From NCBI GenBank assembly GCA_048270185.1, contig JBLWTJ010000004.1:164615-228614 (forward strand): a stretch of DNA of 64,000 nt. The letters are read 5' to 3'. The notes beneath the pieces were generated by a model. It saw only the letters and a list, made by a program, of their open reading frames with translations, was not told where the DNA came from and made no database searches. This DNA comes from Bacteriovoracaceae bacterium (GTDB lineage: Bacteria; Bdellovibrionota; Bacteriovoracia; Bacteriovoracales; Bacteriovoracaceae). Made by a program: the position numbers and the translations under genes. This document shows, in pieces, positions 21,526 through 33,200 of the stretch (the stretch's first letter is position 1; each line of letters starts with the position of its first letter).

Positions 21526-21595
21526 TGGTCCTATGGGACCAGTTTTAACTACTGGTCCTATAGAACCAAACTAAATAAATGGTCCTATAGAACCA
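21526..21595. repeat. Three TGGTCCTATRGRACCA palindromes, 27-bp period, between parB and bactofilin
   Basis: Copies at 21526, 21553 and 21580; same motif as the mnmE array. Confidence 0.95.
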
Positions 21596-21616
21596 ACCAC
21601 GGAAAAGGTAAGAATT

Positions 21617-21949
21617 ATGACACAAGGAACAATGGCAGCAATTATTGAAGATGGTTGTAAGCTTGAGGGAAATATTACCCTTAACGGTGTTGGCCGTATT
21701 GCGGGAATTGTGAACGGTACTATTTTTTCTAACGACACGGTCATTATCTCTGAGGCCGCTGTTATCAATGCAGACATTATTGCTGACGTCATTATGATTT
21801 CAGGTATTGTGAAGGGCGACATTAAAGCGACATCTCGCGTTGAAATTATAAAGCCTGCTCGTTTCGAAGGTACGATAACAACTCCATCATTAATTGTTGA
21901 GGACGGGGTTATCTTTCACGGAACAACAAAAATGCACGACGACAAATAA
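21617..21949 (+). CDS. Bactofilin (polymer-forming cytoskeletal protein)
   Basis: Beta-helix pattern IEDGCKLEGNI...ISGIVKGDIKA...LIVEDGVIFHG. Confidence 0.92.
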   Translation: MTQGTMAAIIEDGCKLEGNITLNGVGRIAGIVNGTIFSNDTVIISEAAVINADIIADVIMISGIVKGDIKATSRVEIIKPARFEGTITTPSLIVEDGVIFHGTTKMHDDK

Positions 21950-22092
21950 TTCAATAAAATTGGTTATTTCGAGCTTAATTAAAATTTGTCAATCATTCAG
22001 AAAAAACCGGTTTATCTTGACGATAGGCCATATAAAGTTTAATTATTAGTGAACTTTTAACCAATCAATTACACAATTTGGGGTAGTCACTA

Positions 22093-22536
22093 ATGGATAC
22101 TATTAACACAGTATTAAACTCTCTAGGTATCAACTCTACTTTATTCATTCAATTAGCAATCGTTACTGTTCTTTATTTTGTAACAAGAAACCTAATTTGG
22201 TCTAAGCTTCAAGAGGTTCTTGATAATCGTGAAGCTCAAACAACTAAAATGGAATCAGGTGCAGATGAAAAATCTCGTCTAGCTGTTGAATTAGAAAAAG
22301 AGTACAAGTCAAAAATCGAAGGCGCTCAGTCTGAAGCATTTAATTTAATTCAAGAAAAGAAAGAAGTAGTTACAAAGCGTGAAGCTGCAAAAGTTAAAGA
22401 ACTTGCACAAAAGCTAGAAGAAAAAGTAAACGCAGAAAAAGATGTTTACGCAAAAGAATTAGAAGAGCAAAAAGTTGCCATCATGAAAGATGCAGAGAAC
22501 TTATCTTCACTTCTAGTTGATAAAATTATTCAGTAA
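22093..22536 (+). CDS. ATP synthase F0 subunit b'
   Basis: N-terminal TM then charged coiled coil; first gene of the atp cluster. Confidence 0.85.
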   Translation: MDTINTVLNSLGINSTLFIQLAIVTVLYFVTRNLIWSKLQEVLDNREAQTTKMESGADEKSRLAVELEKEYKSKIEGAQSEAFNLIQEKKEVVTKREAAKVKELAQKLEEKVNAEKDVYAKELEEQKVAIMKDAENLSSLLVDKIIQ

Positions 22537-22560
22537 TTAAAATAAAGTAAAAGGGTAATC

Positions 22561-23088
22561 ATGAAATTATTATTAGCTTTAGTTATCAGTAATATCACGT
22601 TAGCAGCTGGTGGTGAGTACCACGGTGGTCATTTATCTGATCTATTAGTTCCTGCCATTAACTTCACAATTGTATTTGGTTTTATGGCGTGGAAAATTAT
22701 TCCTTTAATGAAGAAATCATTCATTGAAAAAGCAGACTCTGTAAAAGACCTTGTTGAGTACGCAGCAGAAAAAGATGCAAAAGCTCAAGAAGAGTTATCA
22801 GCTTCAAAATCTAAATTAGATAATATTGAGAGTGAAAAAGAAAAAATCATTTCTAATGCAAAAGTCGATGGTGAAAAGTTTGAAGAAAACTTTGTTGCAG
22901 AAATAAATGCAACAATGGCCAAGATGGAAAAAGATTCTGAGCACAAATTAGAATCTGAAAAGAAAATGATGCTTAAAGCTCTTAATGAATCACTTCTTGA
23001 TGAAGTTATTTCAAAGACAAAAAGTAAAATCAATACTGATAAAAATCTATCAGAAAAAGCAACAAGCAATTTAATTTCAAGACTATAG
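22561..23088 (+). CDS. atpF: ATP synthase F0 subunit b
   Basis: INFTIVFGFM TM then coiled coil; precedes atpH. Confidence 0.88.
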   Translation: MKLLLALVISNITLAAGGEYHGGHLSDLLVPAINFTIVFGFMAWKIIPLMKKSFIEKADSVKDLVEYAAEKDAKAQEELSASKSKLDNIESEKEKIISNAKVDGEKFEENFVAEINATMAKMEKDSEHKLESEKKMMLKALNESLLDEVISKTKSKINTDKNLSEKATSNLISRL

Positions 23089-23101
23089 TTCTAGGGTTAG
23101 T

Positions 23102-23644
23102 ATGATGAAAGAAAAGAATGTAGCCAAAGCGTATGCAAAAGCGATTTACAGCCTAGGTAAAGAGTCTAATGTTGATACAGCAAAAGAGTTTATAACTCTA
23201 ACTGAAGTAATCAACGGAAGTAATGATCTTGAGAATGTATTATTCATAGATGTATTTACTCCTGAAGAAAAAACATCAGTTATTAATGCAGTTATCGATA
23301 AATTAGGTCTTTCTCAAGTTGTTAAATCTTTTATTAACTTCCTACTTCAAGAAAAGAGAATTGGAATTCTTCCATTTATCATTAAAGAAGTAATCGTAAT
23401 GGATGATCATGAAAAAGGTTTCATGAGAGGAACAATTGAAGGTAGTGCAGACTCAATCGATGCTGAATCACTAACTAAAATTAAATCATTCATTAAGAAA
23501 GAACTTGGTGCAGAACCAGAACTTACTTATTCAAAAAATGAAAATATAACTGCGGGTGTTCGAGTGACAGTTGAAGACTATCAAATCGATGCATCTGTAG
23601 ATAAACAACTTAATACTTTAAAAGAATCAATTATAAATGGCTAA
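23102..23644 (+). CDS. atpH: ATP synthase F1 subunit delta
   Basis: VAKAYAKAI N-terminus, AGVRVTVEDYQIDASV C-terminus. Confidence 0.93.
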   Translation: MMKEKNVAKAYAKAIYSLGKESNVDTAKEFITLTEVINGSNDLENVLFIDVFTPEEKTSVINAVIDKLGLSQVVKSFINFLLQEKRIGILPFIIKEVIVMDDHEKGFMRGTIEGSADSIDAESLTKIKSFIKKELGAEPELTYSKNENITAGVRVTVEDYQIDASVDKQLNTLKESIING

Positions 23645-23666
23645 TGGCCAAATATTGTAGAGGTAA

Positions 23667-25178
23667 ATGATGTCAATGAATCCAGAAGAAATTACGAGCA
23701 TTATCAAAGACAGAATTGCTAACTTCGAAACTAAACTACAAGTAGACGAAGTAGGTACAGTTCTAACTGTTGGTGATGGTGTTGCTAGAGTTTTCGGTTT
23801 AAAAAATGCTATGGCCGGTGAGCTTGTAGAATTCGCTACAGGTACTAAAGGTATGGTACTTAACCTTGAAACAAACAACGTTGGTGTTGCCATTCTTGGT
23901 GACGATCCAAAAATTACAGAAGGTTCAACAGTAAAAAGAACTCAAAAGATCGTTGAAGTACCAGTAGGTGACGCTCTTTTAGGACGTGTTGTTGATGCTA
24001 TCGGTAATCCAATCGACGGACAAGGTGAAATCGTTTCTGAACACACTAGACGTGTTGAAATTAAAGCTCCAGGTATTCTAGCTAGAAAATCTGTACACGA
24101 GCCACTTCAAACAGGTATCAAAGCAATCGATGCTATGATCCCAATCGGACGTGGACAACGTGAGCTTATTATTGGAGATAGAAAAACAGGTAAAACTGCA
24201 GTTGCTATCGACACAATTATTAACCAAAAAGGTAAAGACGTTGTATGTATCTACGTTGCTGTTGGACAAAAGAATTCAACAGTACGTCAAGTACAACAAA
24301 AGCTAAAAGAAGCCGGTGCTCTTGATTATACAATCATCGTATCTGCTACTGCTTCTAACTCTGCACCACTTCAATTCCTTGCACCATATACTGGTTGTAC
24401 AATGGGTGAGTACTACAGAGACAGCGGTAAGCACGCAGTTATCGTTTATGATGACTTAACAAAGCAAGCACAAGCTTATCGTCAGCTTTCACTACTTCTT
24501 AGACGTCCACCAGGACGTGAAGCATTCCCAGGAGACGTTTTCTATTTACACTCAAGACTACTTGAGCGTGCTGCAAAACTTTCTGACGAACTAGGAGCTG
24601 GTTCACTAACTGCACTTCCAGTTATTGAAACTCAAGAAGGTGACGTTTCTGCATATATTCCAACTAACGTAATTTCAATTACTGATGGTCAGATCTTCCT
24701 TGAGTCAGACCTTTTCAACTCAGGTATCCGTCCAGCTGTAAACGTTGGTATCTCGGTATCTCGTGTTGGTGGTTCTGCTCAGATTAAAGCAATGAAGAAA
24801 GTTGCTGGTACTCTAAGACTAGACCTTGCTCAATATCGTGAACTTCAAGCTTTTGCGGCTTTCGGTTCAGATCTTGATGAAGCAACTCAAAAGCAACTTT
24901 CTAAAGGTGAAAGACTTGTTGAGCTTCTTAAGCAAGCACAATACTCACCATATGATGTAGTTGATCAGGTTATTTCTGTTTACGCTGGTACAAAAGGAAT
25001 GTTTGATTCTGTTCCAGTTGAACACGTAAGACTTGCAGAAAGAGATCTTATCGATCACCTAAATACTTCACACTCTGAACTTGTAAGTGCAATCAGAGCT
25101 GAGAAAGCAATCTCTGGTGAAAACGATGGTAAATTAGCAACTGCAATTAAAGAATTTATCGCGAGTAAGAACTACTAA
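23667..25178 (+). CDS. atpA: ATP synthase F1 subunit alpha
   Basis: [34 protein letters not shown]. Confidence 0.99.
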   Translation: MMSMNPEEITSIIKDRIANFETKLQVDEVGTVLTVGDGVARVFGLKNAMAGELVEFATGTKGMVLNLETNNVGVAILGDDPKITEGSTVKRTQKIVEVPVGDALLGRVVDAIGNPIDGQGEIVSEHTRRVEIKAPGILARKSVHEPLQTGIKAIDAMIPIGRGQRELIIGDRKTGKTAVAIDTIINQKGKDVVCIYVAVGQKNSTVRQVQQKLKEAGALDYTIIVSATASNSAPLQFLAPYTGCTMGEYYRDSGKHAVIVYDDLTKQAQAYRQLSLLLRRPPGREAFPGDVFYLHSRLLERAAKLSDELGAGSLTALPVIETQEGDVSAYIPTNVISITDGQIFLESDLFNSGIRPAVNVGISVSRVGGSAQIKAMKKVAGTLRLDLAQYRELQAFAAFGSDLDEATQKQLSKGERLVELLKQAQYSPYDVVDQVISVYAGTKGMFDSVPVEHVRLAERDLIDHLNTSHSELVSAIRAEKAISGENDGKLATAIKEFIASKNY

Positions 25179-25194
25179 TTATTGAGGAGCCATC

Positions 25195-27496
<2,302 letters not shown>

Positions 27497-27526
27497 TCCT
27501 TTTTAAGTCATCCAAAGGACTAAAAA

Positions 27527-27937
27527 ATGAGTAACTTTGTTGTAAACATATTAACACCAAGCTCAGTTGTTGCGAAAAACGTACCAGCTGAGTCGGTATT
27601 TATCCCAACTGAAAAGGGTGAGATCCAGGTTCTTGGTGGACATACACATATTGTTGAGAAGCTAGTTACTGGTAGTGTAGCTATTCATGGTGATGATTCG
27701 GAAAGATTCTTCACTGTGACTAACGGAATTGTTAAGGTTTTAAATGACAGTATTACGATTCTTTCTAATACTTCAGAAGAAGACTCAAATATCGATGAAG
27801 ATAGAGCTAACAATGCTTTAATTTATGCTCGTGAAAAGCTTAAAGGGACACTTAATGATGAAGAATTAGTTAAGTATCGCCGTAAAGTAGAAAGAGCGCA
27901 GCTTAGATTACAACTAGTTAAGCAAATAAAAAAATAA
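27527..27937 (+). CDS. atpC: ATP synthase F1 subunit epsilon
   Basis: ILTP...PTEKGEIQVLGGH; follows atpD. Confidence 0.93.
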   Translation: MSNFVVNILTPSSVVAKNVPAESVFIPTEKGEIQVLGGHTHIVEKLVTGSVAIHGDDSERFFTVTNGIVKVLNDSITILSNTSEEDSNIDEDRANNALIYAREKLKGTLNDEELVKYRRKVERAQLRLQLVKQIKK

Positions 27938-27939
27938 TA

Positions 27940-27969
27940 AAAAGGCCCCTCTTGTAGGGGCTTTTTTTT
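27940..27969 (+). terminator. Intrinsic terminator after the atp operon
   Basis: GGCCCCT-CTTGT-AGGGGCT hairpin followed by a T run. Confidence 0.8.
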
Positions 27970-28038
27970 AAGCTAATCACACTAGGCAAATCTTGCCCAA
28001 GCCCCTTGAAAATACAGAAGTCTGCGAAAATGGAAGAG

Positions 28039-29574
28039 ATGAAATATACCTTTCTCATACTCCTATTTTCACTTTTAAATATCGCTACTTTCGCGCTTAC
28101 CGGAAGTGATATCATTCGTCTTAAAGCAAAGACTTTTGGTACTAGTGAGACAAAGGAATTGGCCAGTTCATTCACTCGTCCAATAGCATACCAAGGTAGC
28201 TCACTAGAAGATGAAGTTGATACTAAAGTTTCTGCTACAAAAAAAGATAAAACGACAAATGATGAGTTGGTCTTTTTCACATACGGAACTAATGATAAGA
28301 GTGATAATACAAAAGCTGCTAAGACCAAGCCAAATATAGATCTTAAGTTAGCTAAAAAAATAGTAAATAAGCCTAAAAATTATAAACCCATAATTGATTT
28401 CTCTAGTTTCATGCAGTCGGCTAGTCGTAAGACTAAAGTTGCTTCTAACTTTACAGTAAAGCTACGTGAGGTAGGTGTAAAAGGGCCAAGTAAAGTTAAT
28501 ATTACAGATTATGACCTAGTTCCCTCTTATAATCTAAATGAAGTCATCACAGATGCTGGTTCTGGTGAAATTAAAATGCCAATTACCAGCGATGATAATT
28601 ACTCAACATTTAGGGCGTCAGTAGCTGCTAGAGATATTATTCGAACGAATTTTGAATTAAGTGCACGTAGTGACACTGTTTTTGATATCCCTGTTTTAAA
28701 TAATGAACTTTTCGATAAAATATTAGAGCGCAATAAAGTTAGAGAAGAGACTGGTGCTCATATATTGGTTGATCTTGGAGATAAGGTTGATACATCAACA
28801 TTTCTTGGAAAGTTTAAAAAGAAAGTATTTTTAAATCGAAACTTTAAAGAAGTTGATCCAGGAGATTCTTTTGTATATGAACTCTACCTTGATGTCGAGC
28901 TTGGTAATCACTTAATTAAATACATGGACTTCAAAGGGAAGGTTGCACAAAAAATAGTTCACACAGTACAAGACGAACTTACATATGAAGCACCTCTTCT
29001 TCTCGATGCAAGGGCCTTAAATTTCTCCGTTTATGAAGAAAACTTAGCTGCTAAAACTTTGCAAAAGATGTCTCTGAAGGCCAATGATATAAGGTACTTT
29101 AACCGCGAAATAACAGCTTCTAAAGCTGGATTGAACCGCTATAAGGTCTTAATGCCACTTCGTGATGCTAGCTTTAAACACTACCTTGAAGTTGGTAATG
29201 AGACATCGGTCTTTGTTGGTTTTAATGATATCAAAAAGGTTGTTATTCCTTCCATCGAGTATATCGACTACTTAAAAGAACTCTTTCAAAACCGCGCCGA
29301 TAATGGTGCCTGCGTTATTCAGATTAATTTAAATAGGCCACTTGTAAATTTTGAAGCCTATATATCCTCTCTAAATCCGTCAGGATCGTATGACTTTTAT
29401 TACATGGATAAAGATGGAACGGTTAGCGCTGAAATAACAGGTCTTACTGAAAAAGTTTTTGTTATCTCCCATGACTTTGGAATTTTAAACACAAAAATTG
29501 ATTCGGGTGATGGTAATATTGAATACACACAAAGTTTTTGTACAGAAGGTTTATATATAATTGAACATATCTAG
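28039..29574 (+). CDS. Hypothetical secreted protein
   Basis: Long ORF; signal peptide MKYTFLILLFSLLNIATFA from ATG 28039; no recognised domain. Confidence 0.75.
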   Translation: MKYTFLILLFSLLNIATFALTGSDIIRLKAKTFGTSETKELASSFTRPIAYQGSSLEDEVDTKVSATKKDKTTNDELVFFTYGTNDKSDNTKAAKTKPNIDLKLAKKIVNKPKNYKPIIDFSSFMQSASRKTKVASNFTVKLREVGVKGPSKVNITDYDLVPSYNLNEVITDAGSGEIKMPITSDDNYSTFRASVAARDIIRTNFELSARSDTVFDIPVLNNELFDKILERNKVREETGAHILVDLGDKVDTSTFLGKFKKKVFLNRNFKEVDPGDSFVYELYLDVELGNHLIKYMDFKGKVAQKIVHTVQDELTYEAPLLLDARALNFSVYEENLAAKTLQKMSLKANDIRYFNREITASKAGLNRYKVLMPLRDASFKHYLEVGNETSVFVGFNDIKKVVIPSIEYIDYLKELFQNRADNGACVIQINLNRPLVNFEAYISSLNPSGSYDFYYMDKDGTVSAEITGLTEKVFVISHDFGILNTKIDSGDGNIEYTQSFCTEGLYIIEHI

Positions 29575-29616
29575 TTTGAGAGAAAGTACTAGATTTAATC
29601 TTATTGAGGAGATTTT

Positions 29617-30123
29617 ATGAAAAGATTACTAATTGCAATGATGATTATGATTGCTGGTTTCCAAGCAAATGCTGGAATTTATGTTGAGCCATATTTAGGT
29701 TACAACCTAGTAGGTGAATTTGGTAACAACGATACTTCAGGTGTAAATATTGGTGGCCGTCTTGGTTATTCACTTCCAATGCTTGTAAGTTTTGGACTTG
29801 ATTATAATATGGGTGAGTACACTCATGATGTTTCTGGTACTGATGTAGACGTTGATCATTCAAATTTTGGTGCATTCGTTGCTGTTGATCTACCAATTTT
29901 ACTTAGAGCTTGGGCTTCATACTATATCAGTTCAAAAGCTGATTTTGGTGCATCTGAATATGAAGGTTCAGGATTTAGTTTAGGTGTAGGATTTACAATG
30001 CTTCCATTTGTTTCACTTAACGTTGAGTATCGTGCTATTAATTATGATGAGTTAAATGGTGCGACAGCAGATATTGATGGTTCAGAAATTCTATTTGGTG
30101 TTTCATTACCACTAGATCTTTAA
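29617..30123 (+). CDS. Small outer-membrane beta-barrel protein
   Basis: Signal peptide (QANA), amphipathic strands with Y/G/F alternation, GAGGAG RBS. Confidence 0.8.
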   Translation: MKRLLIAMMIMIAGFQANAGIYVEPYLGYNLVGEFGNNDTSGVNIGGRLGYSLPMLVSFGLDYNMGEYTHDVSGTDVDVDHSNFGAFVAVDLPILLRAWASYYISSKADFGASEYEGSGFSLGVGFTMLPFVSLNVEYRAINYDELNGATADIDGSEILFGVSLPLDL

Positions 30124-30132
30124 TGAATATAT

Positions 30133-30157
30133 GGCCTACTTAATGTAGGCCTTTTTT
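30133..30157 (+). terminator. Intrinsic terminator
   Basis: GGCCTAC-TTAAT-GTAGGCC followed by T6. Confidence 0.75.
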
Positions 30158-31334
30158 AACTCTCATATTCTTTATTATTAAAAACTTCCATAGTTCTCTT
30201 ATATCCTGCCTCTAGCATTCTTGTCATTTTCTTAGGATTCAGACTGAAAACATCAGCAAAGAAGAGATTGTAGTCTTCATGCTTAGGAAAGATATCGATA
30301 AGTTTAACATTAGGGTTAAAATTGAGTTTGCGCTCAATAATTGAAGTGATGTGACGTCGTTGTTCGTTACTAAACTTTTCATTGATCATATACTGATTAA
30401 CAGTATCAACAATATCTTGGGCAGCGACACGTCGTGCTCTTGAGTCGACAATTTTCTTTTGAATCATTAAGTAAATGGCCTGAGTACAGATGGCCGGAAG
30501 CCCATAATTTGCAAGGGAGCCTATTTCATCTTGGTAGTGATAAGGTGTATGTGTCCAACTTGAAATAATATATTCACACTTATTATCAACGGCCACGTGA
30601 GTTGATAATGTTTCTCGAATCTCACCGTCAATGTAGAAATCAGTTTTATTAGTTATATTATTATGAATAGGGTATGGCGTGTAGAAAGGAGGCACACTCA
30701 TTGAAGCCGTTGCAGCTTCTGCTATTGGAATGTCTGTGTAATAATGGGCCGTTGGATCGTGACTTGGATTAGGATAATTATAGCGAGAAAAGATAGTCTT
30801 TCTCGAGTTATCTAATTGAGTCGCTATGATAAATAGATCGGCATCGTAATCTTCAAAACTATTAGATTTAATTATATTTTTAATAATATAGTCATGTAGA
30901 CCTTGCGTCGAAAACAGACCAGAAATCGACATGATCGGTTTTAAAAGACTTTTGATAACTAATGGAAAGCCATCAAGTGGGTCATAGAGATTTGGATGGT
31001 GTGGTTTTAGTGTTGGCCTCTTAAGAGAGAGCATATCTTTATAAGTTATAGGCTTTAAGTCACCACCTTTCTTATGAATGAACGCTTCGATAATTTCAAT
31101 GGGAGAATGTCCTGAAGCTAGGTAGAGACTTATCAGCGCACCAGCACTTGATCCAACATATGTTGAGATTTCATATCCTGTATTTACTTCAGAATGATTG
31201 TGCTTAAAAGTAAATCCTAAGTCATGTAACGCCCAACTAACACCAAGGTGCCATGCGGCAGCTTTAACAACTCCACCAGAGAGTACTAGGGCCGTCTTCT
31301 TATTCTTGAAGTCTTCTATATCAACAGTTTCCAT
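30156..31334 (-). CDS. Patatin-like phospholipase
   Basis: LVLSGGVVKA oxyanion motif, GSSAG nucleophile elbow, ASMSVP, YIDGE; start taken at METVD. Confidence 0.88.
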   Translation of the reverse strand: METVDIEDFKNKKTALVLSGGVVKAAAWHLGVSWALHDLGFTFKHNHSEVNTGYEISTYVGSSAGALISLYLASGHSPIEIIEAFIHKKGGDLKPITYKDMLSLKRPTLKPHHPNLYDPLDGFPLVIKSLLKPIMSISGLFSTQGLHDYIIKNIIKSNSFEDYDADLFIIATQLDNSRKTIFSRYNYPNPSHDPTAHYYTDIPIAEAATASMSVPPFYTPYPIHNNITNKTDFYIDGEIRETLSTHVAVDNKCEYIISSWTHTPYHYQDEIGSLANYGLPAICTQAIYLMIQKKIVDSRARRVAAQDIVDTVNQYMINEKFSNEQRRHITSIIERKLNFNPNVKLIDIFPKHEDYNLFFADVFSLNPKKMTRMLEAGYKRTMEVFNNKEYES

Positions 31335-31412
31335 AGAATAATTATACGCTAAAGTGCGATTATTGCATTGATTAATTTTGGCAATCCACGTCAAGTTAGT
31401 TAAAATTTAAAA

Positions 31413-31727
31413 ATGATTTGGATGGACATAAATGACTATTCATTGTTGAAAGGAATCTCGATCTCAACAATTCGTCGCTACATAAAAAAAGATAAATTAA
31501 TCTGGAAATTTGAAGATGGAAAGTATCATATTCAAATTCAGGAATGGGAATATACAGACTCGTTAAATGAGTCCAATGCAATCGTCTATTTGAAACGTTT
31601 ACAAGAAGAACATGAATTATTAAAAAAAGAACTTCTTAAAACTAAGAACGAAAATAATGAATATAAGATGCTTATCGATCTTTATGAAGGCAATTTTAAT
31701 GAAACAAATAAAATTATTCTTAATTAG
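31413..31727 (+). CDS. Small HTH (MerR/excisionase-like) protein with C-terminal coiled coil
   Basis: MDINDYSLLKGISISTIRRYIKK...GKYHI winged-HTH pattern, then heptad-rich tail. Confidence 0.65.
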   Translation: MIWMDINDYSLLKGISISTIRRYIKKDKLIWKFEDGKYHIQIQEWEYTDSLNESNAIVYLKRLQEEHELLKKELLKTKNENNEYKMLIDLYEGNFNETNKIILN

Positions 31728-33183
31728 TATTACGATTCTAATCTCTTTTGACGTCTTGGCAGCACCTAGTGCAAGAAGATGTATGATACTTCCAGTTAGA
31801 GACTCAGTTGGTGGTGCACTCGGTTTCGAAGTCTTTGCAAAAATTGAATCTTATCTTAAAAGTTCAAGATGGTGTTATTACCAATATAATTCTGAAATCA
31901 TTAATATCTTATCGAATTATAAGAAGAACCTTGATGCGGCTTTAGATAATCCTAAGGTGTTAAAACTAGTTTCTGAAAAAACAAATTCTGGCTCACTTAT
32001 CAAGGTAAAAATTCAGAGTCTACCAAAAGGTGTGGCAATTGATATGAATGTTATCGCAGCTAATGGTCGTGACATTCTCTTTAAAGAAAAAATTGAATTA
32101 AATGGTGATGACCCGGCCTTGATTGCTCAGACTGTTAATAATTGGCTTGATCAATATGAAAAACAAATCCCATATGATGCTAGGGTCCTTGGTGTACTAG
32201 GTCAGCAATTTTCAATTGACCTAGGAAAAGATGCAGGAATCTATACTGACTTTGATGTAAAGGTATTAAGACCGATGCGCAAAAGACGCCACCCTCTTTT
32301 GAAGGAAGTTGTCGATTGGGAAACGAAGACGATTGCAACGGGACGTATTATTCATGTTGGTGAAAGTCTTTCACAAGTAAAAGTTGTTAAGTATGAAGAC
32401 AAGAGCCTTATTCAAATCGAAGACTGGGTTCTAATTGATAAGAATACAAAAGCTTCTGAAAAGAAAGATTTAAAGTACGAACCATATCCAGATGAAAGAC
32501 AAGAGGGATCATTTGGTCGCCTCGGAACTTTAGGCCTAAGTATGGGAATAGGTTCAGGTTCAAATAATAATTCTTCAACTGCTGATGGAACAAAGGCCAT
32601 CAGTGGAGTTAATTTTAATCTTGGAGTTTCTGGAGAATTTTGGATTACAAGAAATTACTGGGTGGGACTTGATCTTGAGAAAGGTTTTGGATCATATTCG
32701 AAAGATGCTGGAAACCTAGTGAGTGATTCAAACTCGATGGATCTTTCTACTGTTAGATTACTCTTCGGTTATAAGTACCTACCATTGGGCTTCTTCTATG
32801 GCCCACAAATTGATGTTTACTTTGGATATGGGTCTTATACTCATGGGTTTGATAATCAAGTAGCAGATGGCTTTACACAGGTAGCATTTAGTGGTCTTTT
32901 AGTTGGAGCTAAAGGTAGTATGCCTATTTCAAAGATGGTGAGAGCTTACTTTCAATTTGATTTTATTTTCTCTCCAAGCTTTGAAGAAGAAGTTGCAATT
33001 AATGGTAAGCCAAAAGATGCAAGTAATATCCGTGTTGAATTTGGTGGCGAGTATAAGTACGCAGCAGGTACAAGTCTATTTGGTGGTATTAATTACTTGG
33101 GTGATAAAGCATCATTTTCAAATGCTAATAAAGTTACAATTAAAAATACGCAGCTTAAGGCCGGTATAAAATTTGATTTATAA
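31699..33183 (+). CDS. Hypothetical outer-membrane protein (periplasmic N-domains plus C-terminal beta-barrel)
   Basis: Signal peptide from ATG 31699; C-terminal half has amphipathic strands ending in AGIKFDL. Confidence 0.7.
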   Translation: MKQIKLFLISITILISFDVLAAPSARRCMILPVRDSVGGALGFEVFAKIESYLKSSRWCYYQYNSEIINILSNYKKNLDAALDNPKVLKLVSEKTNSGSLIKVKIQSLPKGVAIDMNVIAANGRDILFKEKIELNGDDPALIAQTVNNWLDQYEKQIPYDARVLGVLGQQFSIDLGKDAGIYTDFDVKVLRPMRKRRHPLLKEVVDWETKTIATGRIIHVGESLSQVKVVKYEDKSLIQIEDWVLIDKNTKASEKKDLKYEPYPDERQEGSFGRLGTLGLSMGIGSGSNNNSSTADGTKAISGVNFNLGVSGEFWITRNYWVGLDLEKGFGSYSKDAGNLVSDSNSMDLSTVRLLFGYKYLPLGFFYGPQIDVYFGYGSYTHGFDNQVADGFTQVAFSGLLVGAKGSMPISKMVRAYFQFDFIFSPSFEEEVAINGKPKDASNIRVEFGGEYKYAAGTSLFGGINYLGDKASFSNANKVTIKNTQLKAGIKFDL

Positions 33184-33200
33184 AAAATTAAGAGTACATA

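Noticed and set aside
21527..21616. Palindromes as a coding N-terminal extension of bactofilin (same frame)
   Set aside because: In-frame TAA at 21572-21574 interrupts the frame.
27984..27998. AGGCAAATCTTGC as a sigma54 promoter for the 28039 gene
   Set aside because: GG to GC spacing is 8, not the required 10.
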